DNA of 64,000 nucleotides, taken from NCBI GenBank assembly GCA_963833575.1, contig CAWHXY010000004.1, forward strand, positions 960,001 through 1,024,000, in the 5' to 3' direction. Positions 29,906 through 39,430 of this stretch are shown piece after piece. The stretch is from Candidatus Bathyarchaeota archaeon (GTDB lineage: Archaea > Thermoproteota > Bathyarchaeia > Bathyarchaeales > Bathycorpusculaceae). Positions within the stretch are counted from its first letter, which is position 1. Each line of letters begins with the position of its first letter. Both the position numbers and the translations under genes were made by a program. Under the pieces are notes generated by a model. It saw only the letters and a list, made by a program, of their open reading frames with translations. It was not told the origin of the DNA and searched no databases.

Positions 29906-31101
29906 TTTCCAGTCACCGCAGCCTGAACGCACTCTTCAATACTGCCCATTTTAGTTTTCATGTTATTCTGTCTTGAATAAAAGCATCCTTTCGCCGAGGT
30001 TGTTGCAAGCGATTTAAACCTGCCTTTTAATGGCGCTACTGCCATGCATGTGTCGCATGCGAATTTGGCGCCAGATGTTTCAATAGTTTGGGTGTAACCG
30101 CGTTTGTCAGCAAGTTGTTTGACTGTTCGTGAAGTAGCAACCCAAAATTCCGTGCCCTCAGCCACTTTTTTTCCTTTCAACAATTCTGCGACTTTAGAAA
30201 TTTCGTTGATCGAACAATGTGGGCAACCAACGCACACCAACTCAATGTCAGTTACGAAGTCATTGATGCTATCGTAGGCATTTTTGATATCTGCTTCCTC
30301 GATTGTTACTGTATCTTTTGGTTGAGTCTGCAATTCGGCTCCAGGAGTTACGCCTTTCATGTAGAAAAGGGGTTTTGCACCGTAAGTTACAACGGAAGCA
30401 CAGAAAGACTTGATTTCGTCAAGGTCAATCGATTTTATGCCCGTAACGTAAGAAATTTTGTTTTCTGCCTTTTTGCCAATTGCATAACCCAATGCTCCCC
30501 AATCTGAAAGCTTCGTTATTTCAGCGTTCACCTCTACGTGGATATCTGGAGCTCTGTTTTCGTCCAAATGCAATCCGTAGCAAGGCGTTTTTCCGACAAA
30601 TGCTGCTGCTAATGCGGATGGGCCGCCTTCACGGTTTGTTTTTGCACCTATAACCGAGTTCGCAAAAGTGACCGCTGAGCTTTCGGACCATGCGAGGTGT
30701 TCGCCATAGAGCGGTAAATTCCCAATCAGGTAGGGTGTGCAGGTGCAACTAACGAGTATGCCCATGCGTTCGAAGGCGTCGATTACGAGGTTTTGTTTTT
30801 CGGCAAACTCTGGGCTAATTCCAAGTTGTTGCCAATTTTCCAGGTCCATGCCTGCAGGGTTCAAGGTAGTTAAAACTTTGACTCTGCCGTCTTTGGCTAA
30901 CTCATTGAGGAACTCTAAACCTGCGTCGCCTAGATTATGGTAAGATACACCTGCGACTTGGACGCTGCTCACTTTAATTAGGCTTTTTGCGCCGTAAATT
31001 TCGCCTAAAGCGGTGAGGATTTCCATGCTTTTCTGGACAGCGTATCCTTCCTCGCCGTCGAGCATTTTCTGTTCTTGTTTAGTTAATTGCATATTGGTCA
31101 C
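29893..31101 (-). CDS. Phosphomevalonate dehydratase large subunit (aconitase X, DUF521)
   Basis: 'GVSYHNLG', 'CTCTPY', 'WSESSA..FANSV.GA.TNRE', 'GCPHCS', 'DTCM'. Confidence 0.92.
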   Translation of the reverse strand: MTNMQLTKQEQKMLDGEEGYAVQKSMEILTALGEIYGAKSLIKVSSVQVAGVSYHNLGDAGLEFLNELAKDGRVKVLTTLNPAGMDLENWQQLGISPEFAEKQNLVIDAFERMGILVSCTCTPYLIGNLPLYGEHLAWSESSAVTFANSVIGAKTNREGGPSALAAAFVGKTPCYGLHLDENRAPDIHVEVNAEITKLSDWGALGYAIGKKAENKISYVTGIKSIDLDEIKSFCASVVTYGAKPLFYMKGVTPGAELQTQPKDTVTIEEADIKNAYDSINDFVTDIELVCVGCPHCSINEISKVAELLKGKKVAEGTEFWVATSRTVKQLADKRGYTQTIETSGAKFACDTCMAVAPLKGRFKSLATTSAKGCFYSRQNNMKTKMGSIEECVQAAVTGKWNS

Positions 31102-32405
31102 AGGTACTTGTTTAAATCCACTTTAACGTATTGCTCTTTTTTGAAGCCCTTACCCGTTGTTACAAGCGGTGCAGTTGCGTCTAAGCCTGCTTTAGCGGTG
31201 GTAGCTTTCTTGCCCTCGGTCAAATCACCTGACGGGTCAAGTGAAGAGCCTGGCTGGTTAGAAAGAATAACTGCATTTTTATCGGCTTGGAACCTTGTGG
31301 CGATAGCCCATTCCACATCGTGCGGGTCATAAATGTTAATGTCCTCATCCACCACGACGCAGTGTTTGAGTGATTTATGCCCCTCGAAAGCGGCGGCGAT
31401 TGCTTTTTTGCCATCCTCCGTGTTTTGCTTTTTGATCTGGACTACGGCGTGGAGCCAGCTGCATCCGCCTGGGGTGATGTAAACGTCTTTGCATTGGCAG
31501 ACTTTGTTCACTTCGTTGTAGATTGTGGGTTCTTTTGGCATACCCATGAGGAACTTGTGCTCGTTTTTGCCTGCCAGAATGGTTTGATAGATAGGGTTCT
31601 TGCGATGGGTGACACATTTGATTTCTAAGATTGGCTGCTGACGAACCCGATCGACGACTCCTGTCAAATCCAGAAATGGGCCCTCCGTGGCTTTCTCCTT
31701 AGTTATGCGTCCTTCAAGCACAAACTCAGTCTCTGCTGGAACCTCTATGTCAACGGTTTTGCATTTGACCACGTCCGTTTTTTCAAGCGCGTTAGCCATT
31801 CCCAACTCATCTGTGCCTCTAGGTAGAGAAGTTGCGGCTGAAAGCAATACGGCAGTTGAGTTGCCTATGCAGATGGCTACGTCGAGTTCGCCGCCAGCTT
31901 TTTTGAGTGCTGTGTCAGTTCCTCGATCTTCGACTATTCGTGCGACAAAATGGTTTTTGTCTTTAAGCATAAGGCGGTGGAAGCACATGTTTCTGCCCAA
32001 ATCTGTGTCTTTGATGATTGTTACTGCTGAGGCGATGTATTTTCCCCCGTCCTTTTCGGTATAGTGCATTATTGGGAGTTTAGTTAAGTCAACGGTTGTT
32101 TCCACGACTTCTTGGCAATTGCCATTTTCAACTACTTGCGGCGGCATAGGCTGCTGAATAGCATCAGAAAGTTTAGGTAGCAGCTGTTCCTTACTTATTC
32201 CGAGTGAAGTTGCGATTAAATCTTTAGAAGAAACGAGCCCTGCGACAACGGGGTAACTTGATTCTTTAATCTTCTCAAAATAAACTGGTTTCTCGCCTAA
32301 AGCATCAATTATTCCTGCAATCTCAAACTCGGTGGAAACAGGTTTTGTTATTCTTGTTAACTCGCCTTTTTTATCCAAAGTTTCAATAAGGTTTCTAAAT
32401 TCCAA
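31098..32405 (-). CDS. UbiD-family decarboxylase, probable anhydromevalonate phosphate decarboxylase
   Basis: 'DGGKYI', 'EGPFLD.TG', 'VVVDEDI...D..DVEWAIATRFQ', 'SSLDPS'; lies between mvk and aconitase X genes. Confidence 0.9.
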   Translation of the reverse strand: MEFRNLIETLDKKGELTRITKPVSTEFEIAGIIDALGEKPVYFEKIKESSYPVVAGLVSSKDLIATSLGISKEQLLPKLSDAIQQPMPPQVVENGNCQEVVETTVDLTKLPIMHYTEKDGGKYIASAVTIIKDTDLGRNMCFHRLMLKDKNHFVARIVEDRGTDTALKKAGGELDVAICIGNSTAVLLSAATSLPRGTDELGMANALEKTDVVKCKTVDIEVPAETEFVLEGRITKEKATEGPFLDLTGVVDRVRQQPILEIKCVTHRKNPIYQTILAGKNEHKFLMGMPKEPTIYNEVNKVCQCKDVYITPGGCSWLHAVVQIKKQNTEDGKKAIAAAFEGHKSLKHCVVVDEDINIYDPHDVEWAIATRFQADKNAVILSNQPGSSLDPSGDLTEGKKATTAKAGLDATAPLVTTGKGFKKEQYVKVDLNKYL

Positions 32406-32417
32406 TCTGCATCAACC

Positions 32418-33359
32418 TTAGTATTTCTCAATACCAATTTTTGTACTTAGCACTTCAAACCCCAAGAACTTAATAGCACTTAGAACTTTGCCCTGCAACT
32501 CCTTCCCAGGAGTTAGCGCCACCATGCATCCGCCGCCGCCTCCACCTGTAAGTTTTGCGCCAAAAGCACCTTGTTTTCTCGCTAAATCGACTAGGGAATC
32601 GAGTTCCTTGCTTGATACACCGATTTCTTGGAGCAGATGATGGTTTTCGTTCATGAGGTCGCCAATTTTCTTAAGATCATAATTCTCAAATGCCTTACGT
32701 CCTGCAACTGCCACGTTTTCAGCCTGTTTGAAGATGGGGTCGTATTTCTGAGGATTTTTCTTCTTGCGCTCTGCTACACCTTCAACCATGGCTTTTGTGT
32801 TAGCGACTTTGCCTGTGCTGCCAATGACAATTTCGATTGGCCTTCGTAAGTGAAGTTTTTCTATCTTGTCTAGCCCGCCAGCTAAATCTTTCTTAAACCA
32901 CATTAAGCCGCCGTAAGTTGCAGCGGTGTTATCAATACCTGAAGGATTGCCCGCATACGCTTTCTCGGCTTCATATGCGATTTGATTAATTTTCTCATCA
33001 GAAACTTGCATATTAAACTCTTGGGCGATGGCTCGTGCGATGGCGACGCTGCTTGCTGCAGAAGCACCTAAACCGCTAAAACCTGGTAGGGTTCCACCAA
33101 TCCAAATATCCAAGCAGCTCTTAGGGTCAATGCCCATGGTTTTTAGCATTCTCTCGATTGATTCGATCTGTTGGAGGCGTTTTTCTTCGCTGTAGCCTTT
33201 AGCAGTTTTTCTTTCATCTTTAATTTGTAGTCCTTTGAAGCTTTGTTTAACTTCAGCATCTGTGGTTGAATCAATTGCGGAGACGACGCCTGGTAAGCCA
33301 TGCACAACAAAGTGTTCACCAAATAAGATTACTTTTCCGTAACCTGACCCTTTACCCAT
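32418..33359 (-). CDS. mvk: Mevalonate kinase
   Basis: 'GKVILFGEHFVVHG', 'GLGASAA', 'PSGIDN', 'AKLTGGGGGGCM'. Confidence 0.96.
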   Translation of the reverse strand: MGKGSGYGKVILFGEHFVVHGLPGVVSAIDSTTDAEVKQSFKGLQIKDERKTAKGYSEEKRLQQIESIERMLKTMGIDPKSCLDIWIGGTLPGFSGLGASAASSVAIARAIAQEFNMQVSDEKINQIAYEAEKAYAGNPSGIDNTAATYGGLMWFKKDLAGGLDKIEKLHLRRPIEIVIGSTGKVANTKAMVEGVAERKKKNPQKYDPIFKQAENVAVAGRKAFENYDLKKIGDLMNENHHLLQEIGVSSKELDSLVDLARKQGAFGAKLTGGGGGGCMVALTPGKELQGKVLSAIKFLGFEVLSTKIGIEKY

Positions 33360-33857
33360 TTAACTTCGCACCTTGAGAGGAAGTTATTACACCGTGGAAA
33401 TAAAAACATTCGTTTGATGCCATTTTGGGGTAAAACAATCTTTCAAAGTTCTTGGTTAGGGGAAAAATTAAGGTTAGGTAGGTCAAGCCATGGCTAACAG
33501 AGATAAGGAAGAGAAGTCTGTGGGCAAGATACCTTATGCAATGTTAGCAGCCAGACCGCCTAACTCGATGGCTACCCTAATGACTCTTTTTCTCCGTGAT
33601 CTGCTTACGATTTCAGACAATATAAAATAATGTTGTTACATTCTGTTGTTACAACCGCTAAGTTAAACCAAGTAGCCTATTTATAATGCCGACCCATCGT
33701 TTGAATGATCTTGTGAAGGTACTATACTGATATTTTGCAAATTACGTTAGAAGAAGAAGGACAATCGGCGGGAGCACCTTGCCCTCCTTCTTCTGAACGA
33801 ATTGCAAAAGTTTTTTTATCATGTTAAGAAATATAGGAAAAGGTAACTCAATAGTAA

Positions 33858-34532
33858 ATGAGGAAGGTTTCAGTCGTGAGTGAAGAAATAGATAAAATAA
33901 TTCAGAAAAAAGAAGCTGTTCTTTTTCCTCTTTTCTCAAGTATGGAAGAACTCAAAAATAAGTTTATCCAAGAATCAGTGACCTTTGCCGCTGATTGGTA
34001 TGTTAAAACAGCAAAAAAATACATTACTAAATTTCCTGAAACTACCTTAAGTTTAAGTGAAGAAAAAATTGCTACTATGAAAACTAAAGTAAATGAACTG
34101 GTTAAGGAAACAGAAAAAACAGTAAAAACCGAATTGGACGATCCCAAATTATGGTGGCATCAACAACCAGATTTTCAAACAGCGATTGATCAGTACATTC
34201 AAGTTGCCGATAAGTATCCCGAAATCATTGACCGCGCGGTAAGACACGCACTAGGATACTTGGGCGTAATTCTAGAAGAATTCAGCTTTCATGTCACTGC
34301 AAATGGCAACGCAGGCTCATTTCAAGAATTCTGGTTTGATCACCCTGTAGGAAACGAATACGCAACAAAACCATATTATCCTCATCTTCTCAAATGGTCC
34401 GACGAAATGGAAGAGACACTTGGATATTACGATTCAAAATTTATCGAAGCTCTGGCGTCATTCAAGGAAATACATGAATTAAAAGAGGAAAAGAAGAGAC
34501 AAAAAGCACTTACACGATGGGACTCCATCTAG
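33858..34532 (+). CDS. Hypothetical helical protein
   Basis: 224-aa ORF with Trp-rich motifs (LWWH, EFWF, KWS, RWD), opposite strand to the surrounding operon. Confidence 0.7.
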   Translation: MRKVSVVSEEIDKIIQKKEAVLFPLFSSMEELKNKFIQESVTFAADWYVKTAKKYITKFPETTLSLSEEKIATMKTKVNELVKETEKTVKTELDDPKLWWHQQPDFQTAIDQYIQVADKYPEIIDRAVRHALGYLGVILEEFSFHVTANGNAGSFQEFWFDHPVGNEYATKPYYPHLLKWSDEMEETLGYYDSKFIEALASFKEIHELKEEKKRQKALTRWDSI

Positions 34533-35386
34533 AGTTGTTTTTTGAAGCTTACTGCGGCATACCCTACTACGCTTGAGTGGTCACCTGTTACGTCTCCGCT
34601 GTTATGATAATTTAATAATGTAGCTTTAGCACATATGCCACTTGCATAGGTGATTAGGGCTGTTATTGGGGCGTACCCGCATGCTGTTATGTTTTGCTTT
34701 TCAATAGTTTCATAGAAACCTTTTGCATCCATATCAGTGATTGCTTTGAGTGCTGCGTGGTCTTTTGTAGATGCGTTTTTTGCAGGTTCATAATGCGTCA
34801 TATCTGAGGAAGCAATAACAACTGTGTTTTTGGTGTCTAATGCTTCTTCAAGTGCTCTTCCAACTTCAACAGCACTTTCATAGTCCTGCATTAGAAAACA
34901 GATTGGCACAATCTTGAATGTGTTGCCATAGAGGAATTGAAGAAAAGGCAATTGTACTTCAAGGGAATGTTCATAGCGGTGTGCAAGCTCGTCAATATCG
35001 ATGACGCTGGTTTCATGTATAATTTCGTTTGCTAATTTGGAGTCGACCTCTATATCGCCTAGTGGTGTTTTCCAAATACCTTCAGACATAAGGCTCAAGG
35101 CGCTTCCGTATCCAGTATGATTGGGACCTAAAAGCACTATCGTGTCCGGTTTGCCATCTAACGCCAATTCATAAAAAGCAGATGCTGCCACAGGACCAGA
35201 ATACATGTACCCTGCATGGGGGCAAATCATCCCTGCAATGTTTCTTGGGTAGCTATGCAAGTTTACATTGGGAAGTTTTTTTGGACCAAGTTCATGGAGG
35301 AAACAGTTTTTAATTTGTGCCCTGAGCGCTTCGGCGTCGGCTTCATAAAATTGACCAGCGACATTTGGACGCCGAATCGTCGGCAA
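34529..35386 (-). CDS. MEMO1 family protein (AmmeMemoRadiSam protein B)
   Basis: 'RRPNVAGQFY', 'PHAGYMYSG', 'GPNHTG', 'EHSLEVQLPFLQ', 'ASSDMTHY', 'CG'; TTG 35386 preferred. Confidence 0.95.
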   Translation of the reverse strand: MPTIRRPNVAGQFYEADAEALRAQIKNCFLHELGPKKLPNVNLHSYPRNIAGMICPHAGYMYSGPVAASAFYELALDGKPDTIVLLGPNHTGYGSALSLMSEGIWKTPLGDIEVDSKLANEIIHETSVIDIDELAHRYEHSLEVQLPFLQFLYGNTFKIVPICFLMQDYESAVEVGRALEEALDTKNTVVIASSDMTHYEPAKNASTKDHAALKAITDMDAKGFYETIEKQNITACGYAPITALITYASGICAKATLLNYHNSGDVTGDHSSVVGYAAVSFKKQL

Positions 35387-35390
35387 CGGG

Positions 35391-36155
35391 TTAGGGTTCC
35401 TCCTCCTCTTCCCGAGTGACTTTTGCTTCGAAGTCATCTATGGTTGCTGGTGGATCTTTGTCTGGGCCTAATTCGCCTCTTTCGCGGAGAACTTGTCTCG
35501 CTAGTAACCAGAATATGACTGCCAAAGCTCTTCTGCCCTTATTGTTTGTTGGAATAACTAGGTCAACGCCAGCAAATTCGTTATCTGTGCTGCATAATGC
35601 GACGATTGGAATACCGACTTTGGAGGCTTCTTTGACTGCTTGTGCATCTGCTCTTGGGTCAGAAACAACTATGACTTCAGGGTCAATTCTTCCTGGATAC
35701 TGTGGATTGGATAGTTGTCCTGGAATGAAGCGTCCGATTAAGGGTGTTGCGCCTGTTAGTTGGCAGAATTTTTTAATTGGTTCTTGAGCGTAGAGTCTTG
35801 TTGCTGCAATTGCGACTTTTGCGTGTTCATAACGTGAGAGAAATTTTGCAGTGACTCTTATTCGGTCGTCAGTTTTTTTAACGTCAAGTACGAATAATCC
35901 GTCTGGTCTTACCCGGTAGATGAAAGGTTCCATGTCTAGTGTTTTCATTCGTGTTCCGATGTGAATGCCTGCGGACAACAGAGTGTCTCTTGGTAAGAGA
36001 AGTTCCTCTGTAGGCTGGGTGTCTTGAACTTTTTCTTCTTCTTGCGCTGTTGGTTGCTCTTCAGAAACCTCTTCAAAAGGTTCCTCTGAGTTTTCTGCTT
36101 GGTTTTCCTCTCCATTTCCTACTGGTTGAATCTCTTTATTTTCGTCTTCTGACAT
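35391..36155 (-). CDS. rps2: 30S ribosomal protein S2
   Basis: 'AGIHIGT', 'GRFIPGQLSNP', 'IPTNNKGRRAL..IFWLLAR'; acidic N-terminal extension. Confidence 0.97.
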   Translation of the reverse strand: MSEDENKEIQPVGNGEENQAENSEEPFEEVSEEQPTAQEEEKVQDTQPTEELLLPRDTLLSAGIHIGTRMKTLDMEPFIYRVRPDGLFVLDVKKTDDRIRVTAKFLSRYEHAKVAIAATRLYAQEPIKKFCQLTGATPLIGRFIPGQLSNPQYPGRIDPEVIVVSDPRADAQAVKEASKVGIPIVALCSTDNEFAGVDLVIPTNNKGRRALAVIFWLLARQVLRERGELGPDKDPPATIDDFEAKVTREEEEEP

Positions 36156-36171
36156 TTTTTCACTTTCTCTA

Positions 36172-37425
36172 TTAGCGTATTTTTAAATCAGCCATTTTGG
36201 CTCTGTTTCCAAGGAAATGCTCTATTCTTATTAGCTCGTTAAGTTTGGCTATGCGTGCGCCTTCAACTACGCCTGTTTTTATTAAAGGGCAGTTGTACGC
36301 TACAGCCAAATGAGCTATGTGCCAATCGCATGTATCACCTGAACGATGAGACACAACTGGATCGTAACCATGTCGTTGTGCAGTTTGAATTGTTTGTGCT
36401 GCATCCGACAGGGTGCCTATCTGGTTGACTTTTATTATGATAGCATTTCCAGCGTTAATCTTGATTCCATTATTTAACCTTTCAGTATTCGTTGTAAATA
36501 AATCATCGCCGCATATTAAGCAGTTTTTGGCTTTGCGGGTTAATTCAGCAAAGCTTTCATAATCTTCTTCATGAAAAGGATCTTCAACATAGGCAAGATG
36601 ATATTTTTCAATTAGTTCCAACATAAAGTCTAGCTGTTCGGCTGTATCACGTTTCTTGCCTTCATTCTCGTAAACATACTTTTCATCCTTAGGTTTCCAA
36701 AGCGAGGAAGCAGCAACATCAATGCCAAAGCCACATTCAAAATCTAGTTCGTTACCAACTTCTTCACATACTTTGGCCATCACTTCGAAGGCATCGATAG
36801 TGTCTATGTTGGCTATCCATGCGCCCTCGTCACTTTTTCCACCGTTAAATTGGCTGCTTTTCCTTTTTAAGGCATCACCGATTTTTTTGTGGATTTGAGT
36901 ATTGGCTGTTTGAGCTTCAATAAAACTTTCAGCCCCATGCGGCAATGCTAAGTACTCTTGAATGTCTGGTGCTTTACCCCTTGCATGCTGACCCCCGCTC
37001 AAACAGTTGCCGAGAGGATAAGGCAAGGTCGTTGCGGCGTTTCCACCCATGAATTGGAATAAGAGAAATCCGTGAGAGTTTGCTGCAGCTTCAGCGTTGG
37101 CGAGGGAAATTGCAACCGCGGTGTTTCCGCCAATGTTTTTGAAGTCTGTAGTACCATCTAATTCGTGAAGTGTGTTGTCAATTTCTTCTTGATAGTCAGC
37201 GTTTAACCCAGCAAGTTCAGGAGCAATCAAATCATCTACTTTCTTTATAGCTGCCTCGACTCCACCTTGCGGGTAATAAATGACTTCAGCTTTTCCCCGG
37301 CTCTTTCCCGCTGGAGCAGATGCTCTACCGAAACCACCATTAGTGATTACGTCGACCTCTATTGTTTCTTCTCCTCGATTATTGAAAACCTTTCTTGCAA
37401 TGAGGTCTTCGATGATAGATGACAC
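36172..37425 (-). CDS. eno: Enolase
   Basis: 'RGEETIEVD', 'IGGN', 'DIQEY', 'DEG', 'VEDPF', 'GDDLFTTN', 'IKVNQIG', 'SHRSGDT', 'KTG'; GTG 37425 with GAGGT RBS preferred. Confidence 0.96.
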   Translation of the reverse strand: MSSIIEDLIARKVFNNRGEETIEVDVITNGGFGRASAPAGKSRGKAEVIYYPQGGVEAAIKKVDDLIAPELAGLNADYQEEIDNTLHELDGTTDFKNIGGNTAVAISLANAEAAANSHGFLLFQFMGGNAATTLPYPLGNCLSGGQHARGKAPDIQEYLALPHGAESFIEAQTANTQIHKKIGDALKRKSSQFNGGKSDEGAWIANIDTIDAFEVMAKVCEEVGNELDFECGFGIDVAASSLWKPKDEKYVYENEGKKRDTAEQLDFMLELIEKYHLAYVEDPFHEEDYESFAELTRKAKNCLICGDDLFTTNTERLNNGIKINAGNAIIIKVNQIGTLSDAAQTIQTAQRHGYDPVVSHRSGDTCDWHIAHLAVAYNCPLIKTGVVEGARIAKLNELIRIEHFLGNRAKMADLKIR

Positions 37426-37550
37426 TGTTGCAAACCTCAAACGGCTATAATTTTGTTGCCAGCTTATTTTAGGTTTCGGAAACACAAAAATCGTATTTCA
37501 AAAGCCAATAGGTATAATAGTTTCTGGCATGTTTTTTGAAAAGAAAATCT

Positions 37551-37615
37551 GGCTATGGCATTAGCCTTGACTAATCAGTCAGAACCGCTCCTTTTTGGAT
37601 GCTGATAATGCCTAC
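37551..37615 (+). promoter_or_regulatory. Fluoride riboswitch (crcB motif)
   Basis: GGCTA-TGGCAT-TAGCC stem, AACCGC, TCC-TTTTT-GGA hairpin, 3' GCTGATAATGCCTAC; pseudoknot GGCATTA/TAATGCC; 25 nt upstream of fluC. Confidence 0.88.
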
Positions 37616-37640
37616 CCTAAAAGAATGCAGGTAGGTAAAC

Positions 37641-38027
37641 ATGAAAATGATTGAATTCGTGCTCTTAGCGGTTGGCGCGGTAGTCGGAGCCTCTCTACGA
37701 TACATAATGGTTGCTTCTCCACAGACCATCGGAGGACTACCGGTCAACGTTTTAGCCGTTAACATCATCGGCAGCTTCATACTAGGATTGTTTTCGGTCT
37801 TAGCAATCGCCTTAAACTTAAACTCTAATTACACATTGCTAATAGCTACCGGATTTTGTGGTGCATTCACAACCATGTCCTCTTTTGCCCTCGAAACCAG
37901 CAACTTGATGGATGGCAACCGCTTTATCCTTGTAATACTAAACATACTAGCCAACGTGGGATTGTCTCTCGGAGCGCTCATAGGTGGAAAAGTTTTGGGC
38001 AACGAGTTAATGACGAGGATTCTCTGA
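37641..38027 (+). CDS. crcB: Fluoride channel Fluc (CrcB)
   Basis: 'GAVVGASLRY', 'VNIIGSFILG', 'GFCGAFTTMSSF..ET'. Confidence 0.96.
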   Translation: MKMIEFVLLAVGAVVGASLRYIMVASPQTIGGLPVNVLAVNIIGSFILGLFSVLAIALNLNSNYTLLIATGFCGAFTTMSSFALETSNLMDGNRFILVILNILANVGLSLGALIGGKVLGNELMTRIL

Positions 38028-38338
38028 TGCGAATAAAAATGTGGAGTGTAATGATTCGGATTAAGAGAAATGATGAGGTTGGCGGCAAGCGTCTAGAACG
38101 TCTTGTGATTGATTTTTTAATCAATGCCGGTGTAAGCGGTGCAACGGTGTGGACTGGGGTTGACGGTTTTGGTAAAAGGGGCAAGTCAACGCTGAAGCTC
38201 GAGGGTGTTACAGTTAACATGCCCTTAATAATTGAAGTGATTGATGAACAATCAAAACTGGAGCCTCTTCTTCCAGACCTTAAGAGAATCGTTGGAGACA
38301 ACGGTTTGGTAACCATTCAAGACACTTATGTAATTTAA
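38027..38338 (+). CDS. DUF190 (PII-like) protein, translationally coupled to crcB
   Basis: TGATG overlap; 'GVSGATVW.GVDGFG', 'MPLIIEVID', 'GLVT'. Confidence 0.9.
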   Translation: MRIKMWSVMIRIKRNDEVGGKRLERLVIDFLINAGVSGATVWTGVDGFGKRGKSTLKLEGVTVNMPLIIEVIDEQSKLEPLLPDLKRIVGDNGLVTIQDTYVI

Positions 38339-38521
38339 AATTACCAATGACCAATTTAGTTCTTTAATGGTTTAGAGTAACCACATAAGAATATTAGCCT
38401 AAGCCAGATTGTTTATAGAAATTTACCGTTATGGCTTAAAACTCTGTCAATAAAGATGTTTGACTGTCGCAGTAGCTGTTATTAAGCACCATAACCTAAA
38501 GTAAATAAAGGATGTTTTGAC

Positions 38522-39424
38522 GTGCAAACCGACGCAGAAAATTTTAAGGTTCCCGTTGGCAAAAAAATCAGTTTGGACAATTATGATCCAGCTTGGATTC
38601 CTAAATGGGCTAAGGAAAAAGAGGGCAAAGAAGATAAAAAAGCGATAAAAGAAGAAGCGGCAGACATGCTTGAAGCTAATAGGCAGAAACTGATTGAAAT
38701 GCAGGAGTTGCTTTGGGCAAGCGACAGCTATTCTATGCTAATTATTTTGCAAGGTATGGATGCTGCAGGAAAAGATGGCACCATTCAACATGTAATGTCA
38801 GGAGTTAATCCTCAAGGTTGTCAGGTTACTAGCTTTAAAACTCCTTCAGAAGAAGAATTAAATCATGATTTTCTTTGGCGACATATAAAAGCTTTGCCAG
38901 AGAGAGGAAAAATTGGAATTTTTAATAGATCTTACTATGAAGATGTTCTCATAGTGAAGGTTCGCCCAGAAGTTTTTGAGAAGATGAAGCTTCCTGAACA
39001 GTTAGAGGGCAAAGGGTTTTGGGATCAACGATATGACGACATAAATATGTTTGAACGCCATCTTATCCGAAATGGTACAATAGTTCTAAAATTCTTTCTT
39101 CATATTTCAAAAGAAGAACAGAAACAGCGTTTGCTTAAACGCCTAGAAACTCCGGATAAGGAATGGAAATTTTCGCTTTTTGACCTTTCTGAACGGACAA
39201 AATGGGCTGATTATGAGCAAGCGTATGAAGATATGCTTAACAATACAAGCACTGAATGGGCACCTTGGTACATTATTCCTGCTGACAAGAAATGGGTTTC
39301 TCATGCACTGATCTCTGAAATCATAGTGTCGCAAATTGACAAGCTCAAACTAAAATATCCCGTTTTAAGCAAAGAGCAGCGTGAAGCTCTAAAGAAAGCA
39401 AAGGATGAGCTAGAAAAAGAATAA
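38522..39424 (+). CDS. ppk2: Polyphosphate kinase 2 family (PPK2, class III-like)
   Basis: 'QGMDAAGKDG', 'NPQG..V.SFK.PS.EE..HDFLWR', 'FNRSYYE', 'KWKF...D..ER'. Confidence 0.95.
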   Translation: MQTDAENFKVPVGKKISLDNYDPAWIPKWAKEKEGKEDKKAIKEEAADMLEANRQKLIEMQELLWASDSYSMLIILQGMDAAGKDGTIQHVMSGVNPQGCQVTSFKTPSEEELNHDFLWRHIKALPERGKIGIFNRSYYEDVLIVKVRPEVFEKMKLPEQLEGKGFWDQRYDDINMFERHLIRNGTIVLKFFLHISKEEQKQRLLKRLETPDKEWKFSLFDLSERTKWADYEQAYEDMLNNTSTEWAPWYIIPADKKWVSHALISEIIVSQIDKLKLKYPVLSKEQREALKKAKDELEKE

Positions 39425-39430
39425 ACGTAC

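Noticed and set aside
33490-33630. 46-codon plus-strand ORF (MANRDKEEK...) or structured RNA upstream of mvk
   Set aside because: No motif and no convincing stem structure; cannot be supported without a homology search.
37856-38026. 160-aa version of the DUF190 ORF
   Set aside because: The N-terminal part overlaps crcB out of frame; the TGATG-coupled start at 38027 gives a normal-sized DUF190 protein.
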